NCBI GenBank assembly: GCA_964495575.1 | Contig: CAZBVS010000002.1 | Span: forward strand, 1-51,374 | DNA length: 51,374 nucleotides | Origin: an uncultured Candidatus Saccharibacteria bacterium | GTDB lineage: Bacteria; Patescibacteriota; Minisyncoccia; UBA6257; GWB1-50-10 | Direction of reading: 5' to 3' | Notes under the pieces: generated by a model | What the model was told of the DNA's origin: nothing | What the model saw: the letters and a program-made list of their open reading frames with translations, nothing else | Databases searched by the model: none | Shown here: positions 18,427-26,605 of the stretch, piece after piece | Position numbering within the stretch: the first letter of the stretch is position 1 | Layout: every line of letters starts with the position of its first letter | Program-made: the position numbers and the translations under genes

Positions 18427-19893
18427 ATGTCCATTCTTATCAAAAACGGTTTAATATACAACGGCACCGGACAGAAACCAGAGAAAAAAAATATATTAAT
18501 CAGAAAAAATCAGATAAAAAGCATTGGCAACTTAAAAGATACTCAAGCAGATAAAGTAATTGACGCAGAAGGAAAATATATTCTCCCTGGCTTCATTGAT
18601 ATAAACTCAGGGATTGATCATCATCTAAAAATCCTAACCAGTTCTCACCAAAAAACATTCCTCGAACAAGGGGTCACCACCGCCATAGGCGGCAACAATG
18701 GATCCTCCTTAGCTCCTTTTTCTACACACTCCCTAGAAACCATTAAAAAATGGGGGAGTGATGAACTTCAAAAAACTAACATTGACTGGGAAAACTTTGG
18801 CGAATTCTTAAACTCCATAAATAAAAAAGGATTGAAAATAAATTTTGGAAGCTTTATTGGTCACTCATCTATAAAAAGACTCATCACTAAAAACAAACCA
18901 AGAGACATGACTAAAAGAGAGATTAATCTCTCACAAGAAATATTAAAAGAATCAATAAGCCAAGGAGCTCTTGGTTTATCTGCTAGTTTCGAATATGGAT
19001 TTACTTCAGAAACACCTAAAAACGAAATAAAAGAACTTCTCAAAGTTATCAAAGAAACAAATAAAATATACGTTACAGATTTTCAATACCCAGAAAAAGA
19101 CCCTCAAAAATCCCTGAAAGAAATAATTAATTTGACCGAAAATATTAAAACAGAAATAAACCATCTTGAACCCCTAAAATCATCATCCGAACAGTACTTA
19201 AACATCACCGACAAACTTAAAAAAATATCTTCCCAAACTGATATTAATTTTGACTCTTACCCTGCAAAATTTATAAAAACTCCGGTCTACCAATTTCTTC
19301 CTGACTGGCTTGAAAAACCTACCCTGAAAGAAACCTCAAAAATAGTTAAATCCGGTAGATATGATAAAGAAATAAAAGAACATTTAAAACAATATACAAG
19401 AAGAAAAATAAAATTCACTCATGTCCCTGTAGGTTTTCCTACACTTAAAAACAAAACCCTGAAAAAACTTTCTGAAAACAGAGAGCAAACCCAGATAGAA
19501 ACTATGCTTGAAATTATGAAAATTACCGACCTTCAACCTGTTTGTACATATTACAATGTAGATCAAAAAATACTTTCTAAACTTATAAAATCAGAAAGTT
19601 CAATAATCGCTTCAAACGGAACTCATTTTGAGATACCAAAATACAATCCTTTCCTTGAATATCTTAAGTTTTCAAGAGATAACAAAATATCATTAGAAAA
19701 AGCTATTACCAAAATAACATCTGAACCAGCGGCTAAACTAAACATTAAAAAAAGAGGGAAAATTAAAGAAGGTTATTACGCTGATATATTAATAATGGAA
19801 AACAAAAAGATTGATACTGTTTTTGTAAACGGAGAAGTAGCCTACAAAAATAACAACCCTACTAAAACAAAAAGTGGAGAAGTAATAAAATAA
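18427..19893 (+). CDS. amidohydrolase-superfamily protein of D-aminoacylase type, with non-canonical metal-ligand positions
   Basis: N-terminal ILIKNGLIYNGTG...DAEGKYILPGFIDI and C-terminal GKIKEGYYADILIM..VFVNGEV flanks are typical of the composite amidohydrolase fold. The expected HxH reads INSGIDHH. Confidence 0.7.
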   Translation: MSILIKNGLIYNGTGQKPEKKNILIRKNQIKSIGNLKDTQADKVIDAEGKYILPGFIDINSGIDHHLKILTSSHQKTFLEQGVTTAIGGNNGSSLAPFSTHSLETIKKWGSDELQKTNIDWENFGEFLNSINKKGLKINFGSFIGHSSIKRLITKNKPRDMTKREINLSQEILKESISQGALGLSASFEYGFTSETPKNEIKELLKVIKETNKIYVTDFQYPEKDPQKSLKEIINLTENIKTEINHLEPLKSSSEQYLNITDKLKKISSQTDINFDSYPAKFIKTPVYQFLPDWLEKPTLKETSKIVKSGRYDKEIKEHLKQYTRRKIKFTHVPVGFPTLKNKTLKKLSENREQTQIETMLEIMKITDLQPVCTYYNVDQKILSKLIKSESSIIASNGTHFEIPKYNPFLEYLKFSRDNKISLEKAITKITSEPAAKLNIKKRGKIKEGYYADILIMENKKIDTVFVNGEVAYKNNNPTKTKSGEVIK

Positions 19894-21011
19894 TGAGTAA
19901 ACTGTTCAAAAAACCCCCTAAACCAAAATCAAGCGCCGACTACCTGTTTATAATCTTAATCGGTATCCTCATTATATTTGGTTTAGTAATGCTAACCAGC
20001 GCTTCTTCAGATCTGGCTAAAGAACAGTTTGGTTCAAGTTATTATTATTTAAAACATCAACTGATCTACGGACTCTCTTTTGGGATCATCGGATTTCTGA
20101 TCACCTCGTTCCTTTACCACCAAAAACTAAAAAAATTAGCCCTCCCTCTTCTTGTCTTAAATGTTATAGCGCTTCTCCTCGTATTCACCCCTTTGGGTAT
20201 GAGCGCCAAAGGAGCTAGCAGGTGGCTTCAAATTGGAGGTTTTTCATTTCAACCTGGAGAACTCTTAAAGATAACCCTTATCATCTACGTAGCTTCCTGG
20301 GCATGCGGTAACAAAAAAAGAGGGAAGAGTATAACTGAGGGACTTATCCCATTACTGGTCATCATGGGAATAATAGCCTTTCTTTTGATAATGCAACCAG
20401 CAACAACAATTGCCGCAATAATTATCAGCGCTTCCGTAATCGTCTATTTCACCTCCGGAGCTAAGTTTCAATACATTGCCGGCATAATATTACTTGGCCT
20501 TATCTTCCTTTCGGCTGTAATATATTTCACTCCTTATCGAATGGAAAGAATTCAAACCTTCCTTCATCCAAAATCTGATACCTTAGGAGACGCTTATCAT
20601 CTCAATCAATCTCAAATTGCAATAGGGTCTGGAGGACTAACTGGGGTAGGGTTTGGTCAATCTACCACCAAGTTAAACTATCTCCCGGAACCAATCGGGG
20701 ACTCAATATTTGCTGTAATTGCAGAAGAATTAGGTTTCATAGGATCGGTCAGCGTCTTATTAATCTTTTTTGCTGTTGTTTATCGCGGCCTAGCTATCGC
20801 TAAAAAAGCCTCTGACTCTTTTGGAAGACTTGTCACTGTCGGCTTTACCTCAATCATCGGTATCCAAACAGTAATTAATATCGGCGCCATCTCAGGTATT
20901 CTTCCTCTGACCGGAATACCGCTGCCGTTCATAAGCTACGGAGGAACTGCTCTCGCTACCTTCATGACAATGGCCGGGATAATAACTAACGTTTCTAAAT
21001 ACAGAAAATAA
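19893..21011 (+). CDS. ftsW: SEDS-family peptidoglycan glycosyltransferase FtsW
   Basis: 372 aa, about 10 TM. QPGELLKI, LPEPIGDSIFAVIAEELGFIG and PLPFISYGGT motifs. Lies in dcw context after mraY. ATGA start/stop overlap with the upstream gene. Confidence 0.88.
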   Translation: MSKLFKKPPKPKSSADYLFIILIGILIIFGLVMLTSASSDLAKEQFGSSYYYLKHQLIYGLSFGIIGFLITSFLYHQKLKKLALPLLVLNVIALLLVFTPLGMSAKGASRWLQIGGFSFQPGELLKITLIIYVASWACGNKKRGKSITEGLIPLLVIMGIIAFLLIMQPATTIAAIIISASVIVYFTSGAKFQYIAGIILLGLIFLSAVIYFTPYRMERIQTFLHPKSDTLGDAYHLNQSQIAIGSGGLTGVGFGQSTTKLNYLPEPIGDSIFAVIAEELGFIGSVSVLLIFFAVVYRGLAIAKKASDSFGRLVTVGFTSIIGIQTVINIGAISGILPLTGIPLPFISYGGTALATFMTMAGIITNVSKYRK

Positions 21012-21012
21012 A

Positions 21013-22116
21013 ATGATTAAATACTTAAATAACATAGATATTAAAAAATATATAAATAAAACTGCTTTTCTAAGAATCGACCTTAACGCAAAAGAAGGAG
21101 AAGAAGAAAACTTCTTTAGACTTCAAAGGGTGATCCCTACGATCAAAAAATTAATTGAAAACCAATCTCCAGTTATCATCGCTGCTCACCGAGGCAGATA
21201 CAACGAAAACCCTCCTTCTAACAAACCATTCCAAAAAATAATCCAAGAAAAGATAAAAGAAAAAGTGGCCTTCATCAAAGAAACCCAACCTGATCAAATA
21301 AAAGAAAAAATAAAAGAAAAGAAAACTTCGGTAATTCTTCTTGAAAACCTAAGGATGAATAAGAAGGAACAAGAAAACGACACAAAATATGCTGAAAAAC
21401 TCTCTCAATTAGCCCAATTTTATATAAATGACGCATTCCCCGTATGTCACCGAAAAAACGCCTCAGTAACTAAAATAACCCACTTTTTACCTTCATTTGG
21501 AGGTTTAGGACTCCAAAAAGAGATCGAAAAACTTACAAAATTCAAGAAAAACCCAAAACCACCCTTTACCCTAATAATCGGTGGTAAAAAAACCAAAAGC
21601 AAATTAGCCACCATAAAGAACCTCTGGAATAAAATAGATAATCTTCTTCTCGGAGGAGGACCAGCTAATACCTTTCTTTTTCAAAGAGGAGTGGATATCA
21701 AAAACTCGATATATGATAAAAATTCAGTCAAAAAAATAAAACCTTTCTCAATGGCTGATAAAACCTTTGTCCCGGTTGATTACAAAACCTCTGATGGTAA
21801 AATTCTTGATATTGGGGAAGAAACATCCAGAATATACACAGACATAATAAAAGAATCAAAAACAATAATCTGGAACGGTCCTATGGGACTTTTCGAAAAA
21901 GAAAAATTTGAAAAAGGAACTAAGAAAATTTGGAATGCTATTATTAATAACCAAAAAGCCAACACTGTTATCGGAGGCGGAGAAACTGTTAATTCAAAAA
22001 AATTAACCGATAAAGACATCCCCAAAAACATATTTCTTTCCACGGGCGGTGGCGCTATGCTAACCTTTTTAGCAAATAAAAAAATGCCGGGAATAAACGC
22101 ACTAAAAAATGAATAA
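21013..22116 (+). CDS. pgk: phosphoglycerate kinase (compact, divergent)
   Basis: RIDLNA, AHRGR and NLRMNKKE..YINDAFPVCHRKNAS align with the E. coli NVRFNKGE..VMDAFGTAHRAQAS. C-terminal GGGE and STGGGAMLTFL. Confidence 0.85.
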   Translation: MIKYLNNIDIKKYINKTAFLRIDLNAKEGEEENFFRLQRVIPTIKKLIENQSPVIIAAHRGRYNENPPSNKPFQKIIQEKIKEKVAFIKETQPDQIKEKIKEKKTSVILLENLRMNKKEQENDTKYAEKLSQLAQFYINDAFPVCHRKNASVTKITHFLPSFGGLGLQKEIEKLTKFKKNPKPPFTLIIGGKKTKSKLATIKNLWNKIDNLLLGGGPANTFLFQRGVDIKNSIYDKNSVKKIKPFSMADKTFVPVDYKTSDGKILDIGEETSRIYTDIIKESKTIIWNGPMGLFEKEKFEKGTKKIWNAIINNQKANTVIGGGETVNSKKLTDKDIPKNIFLSTGGGAMLTFLANKKMPGINALKNE

Positions 22117-22942
22117 AAAAATAACAATTGTATATCACAAAAACTGCGCTGACGGTTTTTCCGGAGCCTGGACGGCCTGGAAAAAGTTAAAAAATAAAGC
22201 TGAGTACATTCCTTGTGACGACCGAAATAAAAACTTAGACATAAAAAACAAAGATAAGGTATACCTTATAGACTTTATATTCTATAAACCAGTCCTTAAA
22301 AAACTAATTAAAGACAACAAACAGGTAATAGTAATCGATCATCACAAAACTGCTCAAGAAAGGGCCCAACTTGCTAACACCACTATATATAATAAAGAAA
22401 AATCAGGATCAGTCCTTGCCTGGGAATATTTCTTTCCAGAAAAAGATCTACCTCAAGCCCTAAAATACATAGAAGATGTTGATCTCTGGAACTGGAACCT
22501 AAAACACACCAAAGAAATATTTGCGATCATCGACTCAACAGAACACGATTTTAAGGAATGGAACAAACTAATTAAAAAAATTGAGAACAAAAAATCAAGA
22601 AAAAAGATAATTAAGAAAGGAAAGGTAATTGTTAACTCAGAAAACGAAATCATCGATCGTATTGTATCAAAAAAATACTTAATAAACCTAGACGGCCACG
22701 AAGTTTTTGCTGTAAACTCTCCCGTCTTTAAATCAGAAATAGGACATATCCTTTCTATGAAACACCCTCCTTTCGGAATTATCTGGCATCAATCTAAAGA
22801 AGGGATCAAGGTATCATTAAGAGCTAATGATACAATTGATGTATCAGAAATAGCCCAAAAACACGGTGGAGGTGGACACCCAAACGCAGCCGGATTTTTA
22901 ATCAAAAATAACCAATCAAAACCATGGAAAAAAATAAAATAA
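22109..22942 (+). CDS. DHH/DHHA1-family phosphoesterase (NrnA-like)
   Basis: HKNCADGFSGAW, the DHH motif VIVIDHHKT, and the DHHA1 motif GGGGHPNAAGF. Overlaps pgk by 8 nt. Confidence 0.8.
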   Translation: MNKKITIVYHKNCADGFSGAWTAWKKLKNKAEYIPCDDRNKNLDIKNKDKVYLIDFIFYKPVLKKLIKDNKQVIVIDHHKTAQERAQLANTTIYNKEKSGSVLAWEYFFPEKDLPQALKYIEDVDLWNWNLKHTKEIFAIIDSTEHDFKEWNKLIKKIENKKSRKKIIKKGKVIVNSENEIIDRIVSKKYLINLDGHEVFAVNSPVFKSEIGHILSMKHPPFGIIWHQSKEGIKVSLRANDTIDVSEIAQKHGGGGHPNAAGFLIKNNQSKPWKKIK

Positions 22943-23346
22943 AAATAAATACCGATGGAGGAGCAAGGGGAAACCCTGGACCCGCTGCTATAGGAGTAGT
23001 TATTAACCTAAATAACGAAGAAAAAACCTATAGCAAACCAATAGGAGAAACCACAAATAACGTTGCTGAATATCAAGCAATTATATTTTCTCTTAAAAAA
23101 TTAAAAAAACTAATTGGGAAAAAAGAATCAAAGAGTAGAGAAGTGGTAATAAATACCGACTCCGAATTAATAACAAAACAAATTAATCACGAATACAAAA
23201 TAAAAAACGAAGGTCTTAAAGAATATTTCATAGAACTCTGGAACCTGATGCTTGATTTTCAAAATGTAACCATCAAGCATATAAAAAGAGAAGAAAATAA
23301 AGAAGCTGATAAACTTGTAAATCAAGCTCTAGATACACTTATCTAA
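22924..23346 (+). CDS. rnhA: ribonuclease HI
   Basis: 140 aa. TDGGARGNPGPAAIG, NNVAEYQAI, TDSELI and NKEADKL supply the DEDD catalytic positions. Overlaps the DHH gene by 19 nt. Confidence 0.88.
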   Translation: MEKNKIKINTDGGARGNPGPAAIGVVINLNNEEKTYSKPIGETTNNVAEYQAIIFSLKKLKKLIGKKESKSREVVINTDSELITKQINHEYKIKNEGLKEYFIELWNLMLDFQNVTIKHIKREENKEADKLVNQALDTLI

Positions 23347-23348
23347 AT

Positions 23349-23377
23349 TTGACTCAACCCTTCTTTATTTATATAAT
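23349..23377 (+). promoter_or_regulatory. consensus sigma70-type promoter of rnpB
   Basis: TTGACT (23349-23354), 17-nt spacer, TATAAT (23372-23377). The predicted start near 23384 coincides with the 5' end of the extended P1 helix. Confidence 0.7.
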
Positions 23378-23383
23378 ATAAAT

Positions 23384-23747
23384 GTAGTTTAACAAGGTAA
23401 GTCGAGAAGTGGCGGTTATTTTTAATTAAGTAACCGAGGAAAGTCCGGACACTCACGAAAGCATTCTTCTTCTATAGGGAAGAAGGCTTGCGTTAAAAAA
23501 GTAGTGGGTAACACCCATCGTTCGTAAGAATCGAGGTGCGAACAGAGACGTTTTAATGTGCAAACATTAAAAAACCCATCTCGGGTGAGTCTAATGGCAA
23601 CATTAGAAATGAAACGGCTAAAACCTTACTTGAGTGCAAAGTCGTACCCCAAAATAGGGGAGTGCCGCATAAAGTTTTAGAGTAATCTAAAACTTAGATA
23701 AATCACTTCATAAACAGAATCCGGCTTATGACTTACCTTTAAACTAC
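23384..23747 (+). ncRNA. rnpB: RNase P RNA, bacterial type A
   Basis: P4 strands GAGGAAAGTCCGG (about 23439) and ACAGAATCCGGCTTA (23714-23728). P1 pairing AAGGTAAGTC (23394-23403) / GACTTACCTT (23730-23739), extended by GTAGTTTAA / TTAAACTAC. Confidence 0.93.
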
Positions 23748-23748
23748 A

Positions 23749-23776
23749 AAACCACCTTTAGAAAAGGTGGTTTTTT
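23749..23776. terminator. bidirectional hairpin terminator after rnpB and the convergent nuclease gene
   Basis: 11-bp stem AAACCACCTTT / AAAGGTGGTTT with a 3-nt loop, followed by T6. The nuclease stop codon (23775-23777) lies in the T-run. Confidence 0.8.
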
Positions 23777-24545
23777 AATTGAAATAATCCATCTTATCTA
23801 ACCATTTCTTATGCTCCCATTCCCATAATTTTTTAGCTCCTAAAAACCCATCATAATCTTCCTCCCAATAAGGAAATTCTTTCAACTCAACTTCCCCCAC
23901 AACCTTACCCCAATCATGCTTACAAGTTCTTTGAAAAGTATTAGACCAATCAATCTTAACTTTTTTCCTGCCTCCTTTCTCTCTTAACTTTGCGCCACAC
24001 CTTTTACAAACTCTGTGTTGATCAATCCTTAATATCCACTTAGTTTCCAAATCAGAAACTTCATCTTTCAAACCAGCCATATAAGCTGCTGTTTGAAGGT
24101 TATAGTCTCGATATATTGACTGAGATGTTTTAATATCCATCACTCCGGTCTTACCATCAATCAAGGCTAAAGCATCAATTGTACCGGCATAATGATCATC
24201 ATAGTTTATAACTCTTTTTTCAATGTAATCAGAATCAACCTCTATCTTGTTATTTTTTAAAAACTTACGAAAAGCTTTTACAGAAGGGGCAATATCTTTT
24301 TTAAACTCAGCTTCCTCACCGATCAATATACTTTGTACAGCTTCATGAACCCGAGTTCCTTCGTCGGCTGATATCTTTTTTATTCTTTCTCCTTCAGAAT
24401 AACTATTTAAACTAGCGTAAAAATAGTGTAAACCAGGCTTAGACTTTATTCCTATTATCTTAGTAACCCTAGGAAACCACGTGCCGTCTATCTCATAACC
24501 TGATTCTTCCTTAAACTCATCTAAATTTTTATATCCAAATGCCAT
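23775..24545 (-). CDS. PD-(D/E)XK nuclease family protein (RecB/Cas4-like fold) with an inserted zinc-ribbon-like segment
   Basis: GTRVHEAVQ, YAGTIDALALI, GVMDIKTSQ and NLQTAAY give the D..D/E-x-K..QxxxY order. Insertion CKRCGAKL...CKHDW. Confidence 0.7.
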   Translation of the reverse strand: MAFGYKNLDEFKEESGYEIDGTWFPRVTKIIGIKSKPGLHYFYASLNSYSEGERIKKISADEGTRVHEAVQSILIGEEAEFKKDIAPSVKAFRKFLKNNKIEVDSDYIEKRVINYDDHYAGTIDALALIDGKTGVMDIKTSQSIYRDYNLQTAAYMAGLKDEVSDLETKWILRIDQHRVCKRCGAKLREKGGRKKVKIDWSNTFQRTCKHDWGKVVGEVELKEFPYWEEDYDGFLGAKKLWEWEHKKWLDKMDYFN

Positions 24546-24590
24546 AGAGTATATAATATCAGTAATTAATATTTTTTTAAACTTAAATCA

Positions 24591-24619
24591 TTGACAATAA
24601 ATGTAATATAATACATAAT
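24591..24619 (+). promoter_or_regulatory. candidate promoter for the 102-aa membrane protein gene
   Basis: TTGACA (24591-24596), 17-nt spacer, CATAAT (24614-24619). A GAGGAG Shine-Dalgarno precedes the ATG at 24666. Confidence 0.4.
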
Positions 24620-24665
24620 ACATTCAGTAAATTGTTAATTTAAAATAGAGTAGAGGAGTGCAGAA

Positions 24666-24974
24666 ATGATTTATCCGCCAAACTATCTATATTCTTTTAA
24701 ACATCAACCTCAAAAGAAAAGTTTCTCTCTGGTTTGGTTAGCTTCGTTAATTCTTTTAATTGTCTCACCATTCATGTCCTGGCCATTTGGAATAACTGTC
24801 TACGCTTTATTATTTCTATCTTCAGGGATAATTGTAGCAACTCTAGGAACCCAAAACTTTCTTCTAGTATTATTTGCTATGGTTATGTTATTTAGTATAA
24901 TGTTAGCCTTTATAAGCATCGCTTCCTGGAGAGGATACGCAGAAAAATTAAAGAAGACTATATGGCACGGATAA
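24666..24974 (+). CDS. small membrane protein (3 TM), hypothetical
   Basis: 102 aa with a good Shine-Dalgarno (GAGGAG), three hydrophobic helices and its own terminator. Confidence 0.6.
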   Translation: MIYPPNYLYSFKHQPQKKSFSLVWLASLILLIVSPFMSWPFGITVYALLFLSSGIIVATLGTQNFLLVLFAMVMLFSIMLAFISIASWRGYAEKLKKTIWHG

Positions 24975-24998
24975 AAAAATCATCACAATTTCATATTC

Positions 24999-25026
24999 AA
25001 CCGCCGATTTTTATCGGCGGTTTTTC
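24999..25026. terminator. hairpin terminator between the convergent membrane-protein and recombinase genes
   Basis: AACCGCCGAT-TTTT-ATCGGCGGTT followed by T5. Confidence 0.8.
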
Positions 25027-25983
25027 TTATCCTAAATCACCCCCATGAAACTTCTCATGAACATCCTTCAATTTTTTATTCGTCACATGCGTATATATCT
25101 GAGTAGCGGTAATACTTTTATGACCTAAAAATTCCTGCACTGTACGCATATCAACCCCTTGAGATAATAAATTAGTAGCAAAAGAATGACGTAGTACATG
25201 AGGCGTTGTATTAGATGGTAACCCAGCCTTTAAAGCTGACTTCTTAACAATATTTTCAATAGAACGAACCGTTAATCTCCTGGAGGCATCACTTCTTTTT
25301 CTTAAATTAACAAACAAAGCCTCTGCATCATCTTCACCCCGCTTATCTAAATATTTTTTTAACCACTCAAGCGTACGTGGAGAAAAATATACTGTCCGAG
25401 CCCGACCTCCCTTACCAACAATACCTAACTCAAGATAGTCTTCATCTAAAAATGAATCTACCTGATCCCTGTCTAAACTAACAAGCTCTGAAACTCTCAT
25501 CCCGGTAGAAAACAAAACCTCAAGAATAGCCCGGTTCCTCAACCCTTTTAATCTACTTACATCCGGAACAGCAAACAAGCGCTTTAACTGTTCTAAGTCC
25601 AAAAACTGTACCTCTGTATCACCCTTATCTCTAGGTAACTCAATCTTCTCTGGAGGCATTGCTTGAATATCCCGACTTGCAAAATAGGCGAGTAGAGAAC
25701 GTAAAGCTATTAAGTATGAACTCTGAGTAGATCTTGAAAGAGTTCCCGATGAGTTCTTGGAAGTAGTTTTACGAGCTAAATAAATTCTATAATTCCAAAC
25801 ATGCTTAGGGGTAAGTTCATGAGGCTTAATATTAGATAAATCATTATTATCCAGCCAACCCAAAAACCTACTTAAAAAACGAGAATAGTTTTCTTGAGTT
25901 TTAGAAGATAATCCTTTTTCTACATCAATCCAGTCTAAATAATCATTTATATGCTGGGGAAGTGGTTTATCGCTTTTTTTCAT
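25027..25983 (-). CDS. tyrosine site-specific recombinase, XerC/XerD-like
   Basis: N-terminal SAM-like domain (YLDWIDVEKGLSSKTQENYSRFLSRFLGWL). Catalytic pattern GMRVSEL (R), HVLRHSFAT (HxxR), LGHKS and IYTHV (Tyr). Confidence 0.88.
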   Translation of the reverse strand: MKKSDKPLPQHINDYLDWIDVEKGLSSKTQENYSRFLSRFLGWLDNNDLSNIKPHELTPKHVWNYRIYLARKTTSKNSSGTLSRSTQSSYLIALRSLLAYFASRDIQAMPPEKIELPRDKGDTEVQFLDLEQLKRLFAVPDVSRLKGLRNRAILEVLFSTGMRVSELVSLDRDQVDSFLDEDYLELGIVGKGGRARTVYFSPRTLEWLKKYLDKRGEDDAEALFVNLRKRSDASRRLTVRSIENIVKKSALKAGLPSNTTPHVLRHSFATNLLSQGVDMRTVQEFLGHKSITATQIYTHVTNKKLKDVHEKFHGGDLG

Positions 25984-26130
25984 AAAACCAGTCTTATTAT
26001 TTCGCTTAAGTTAAATTATACGAACCTTTCTTCTTATCCTTATTATAATATATCTCCACCTCTCTTTAAACTAACCTCATCACTATATCTTAATATCATA
26101 TATATCATTACATATATAATATAGATTACC

Positions 26131-26156
26131 TTATAGATAACACAGATTATTAATAA
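26131..26156. repeat. copy 1 of a duplicated motif of about 25 bp: TTATA-g-ATAACACAGAT-t-ATTAATAA
   Basis: The 11-mer ATAACACAGAT (26137-26147) plus flanks recurs at 26971-26996. This copy lies about 150 nt upstream of the recombinase start. Confidence 0.6.
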
Positions 26157-26391
26157 AACCTATATAACATTCTTTTAATAAATTAATTAGATATATTAAT
26201 AAACTTCCTCCAACCTACCTAATAATCTCTTACATTACCCAGTTTGAGAATAAATCTCGTCTTTTACCTCCGGTCATAAAGGTAATTATACCAATAGAAA
26301 ATAAAAACCGCTTAGAATCCAAATTAGAGCAATTACCTTGAAAAACCCCTTAATAAAGCCAACGAGAGAATTTTACCCTAAAACACTACCC

Positions 26392-26440
26392 GACAAACAC
26401 TGTAAAACATGACAAACATCGATAAACATCTGATAAACAT
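26392..26440. repeat. array of five tandem 9-bp iterons, consensus G-A/T-Y/A-AAACAY, helically phased
   Basis: GACAAACAC (26392), GTAAAACAT (26402), GACAAACAT (26411), GATAAACAT (26421), GATAAACAT (26432). Spacings are 10/9/10/11 bp. A degenerate sixth unit CTAAAACAC sits at 26378. Confidence 0.75.
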
Positions 26441-26515
26441 TTTATATATTCAAAAATAAAATAATTTTAAATCTAAATTTAAATAAAAAAAATATAAAGT
26501 CCTAGAAAAATATCT

Positions 26516-26550
26516 AAAAACAAAAAAGACCAATTAAAATAATTGATCTT
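26516..26550 (-). terminator. intrinsic terminator after the 120-aa secreted-protein gene
   Basis: On the minus strand: AAGATCAATTA-TTT-TAATTGGTCTT (one G:U pair) followed by TTTTTGTTTTT. Confidence 0.65.
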
Positions 26551-26605
26551 CCCTACTTTATAAAAATTAATCCCTATAATATTTTACGACAGGTTACCAA
26601 AACCC

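Noticed and set aside
24866-24893. TTATGTTATTT (9/11 to the XerD arm TTATGTTAAAT) inside the 102-aa membrane-protein gene
   Set aside because: The partner arm at the required 6-bp spacing (AGTATTATTTG) lacks the inner CATAA, and the site lies within a coding sequence.
23714-26338. att-type duplication of the rnpB 3' end within the non-coding region (AAGGTAA/TTACCTT and GAATCC/GCTTA fragments at 26279-26338)
   Set aside because: Only scattered 6-7-nt similarities in permuted order. There is no contiguous direct repeat of at least 12 nt, so no integration boundary can be supported.
26392-26440. Possibility that the short tandem repeats are a CRISPR array
   Set aside because: The units are 9 bp and directly abutting (period 9-11 bp) with no spacers. 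No cas genes are in the window.
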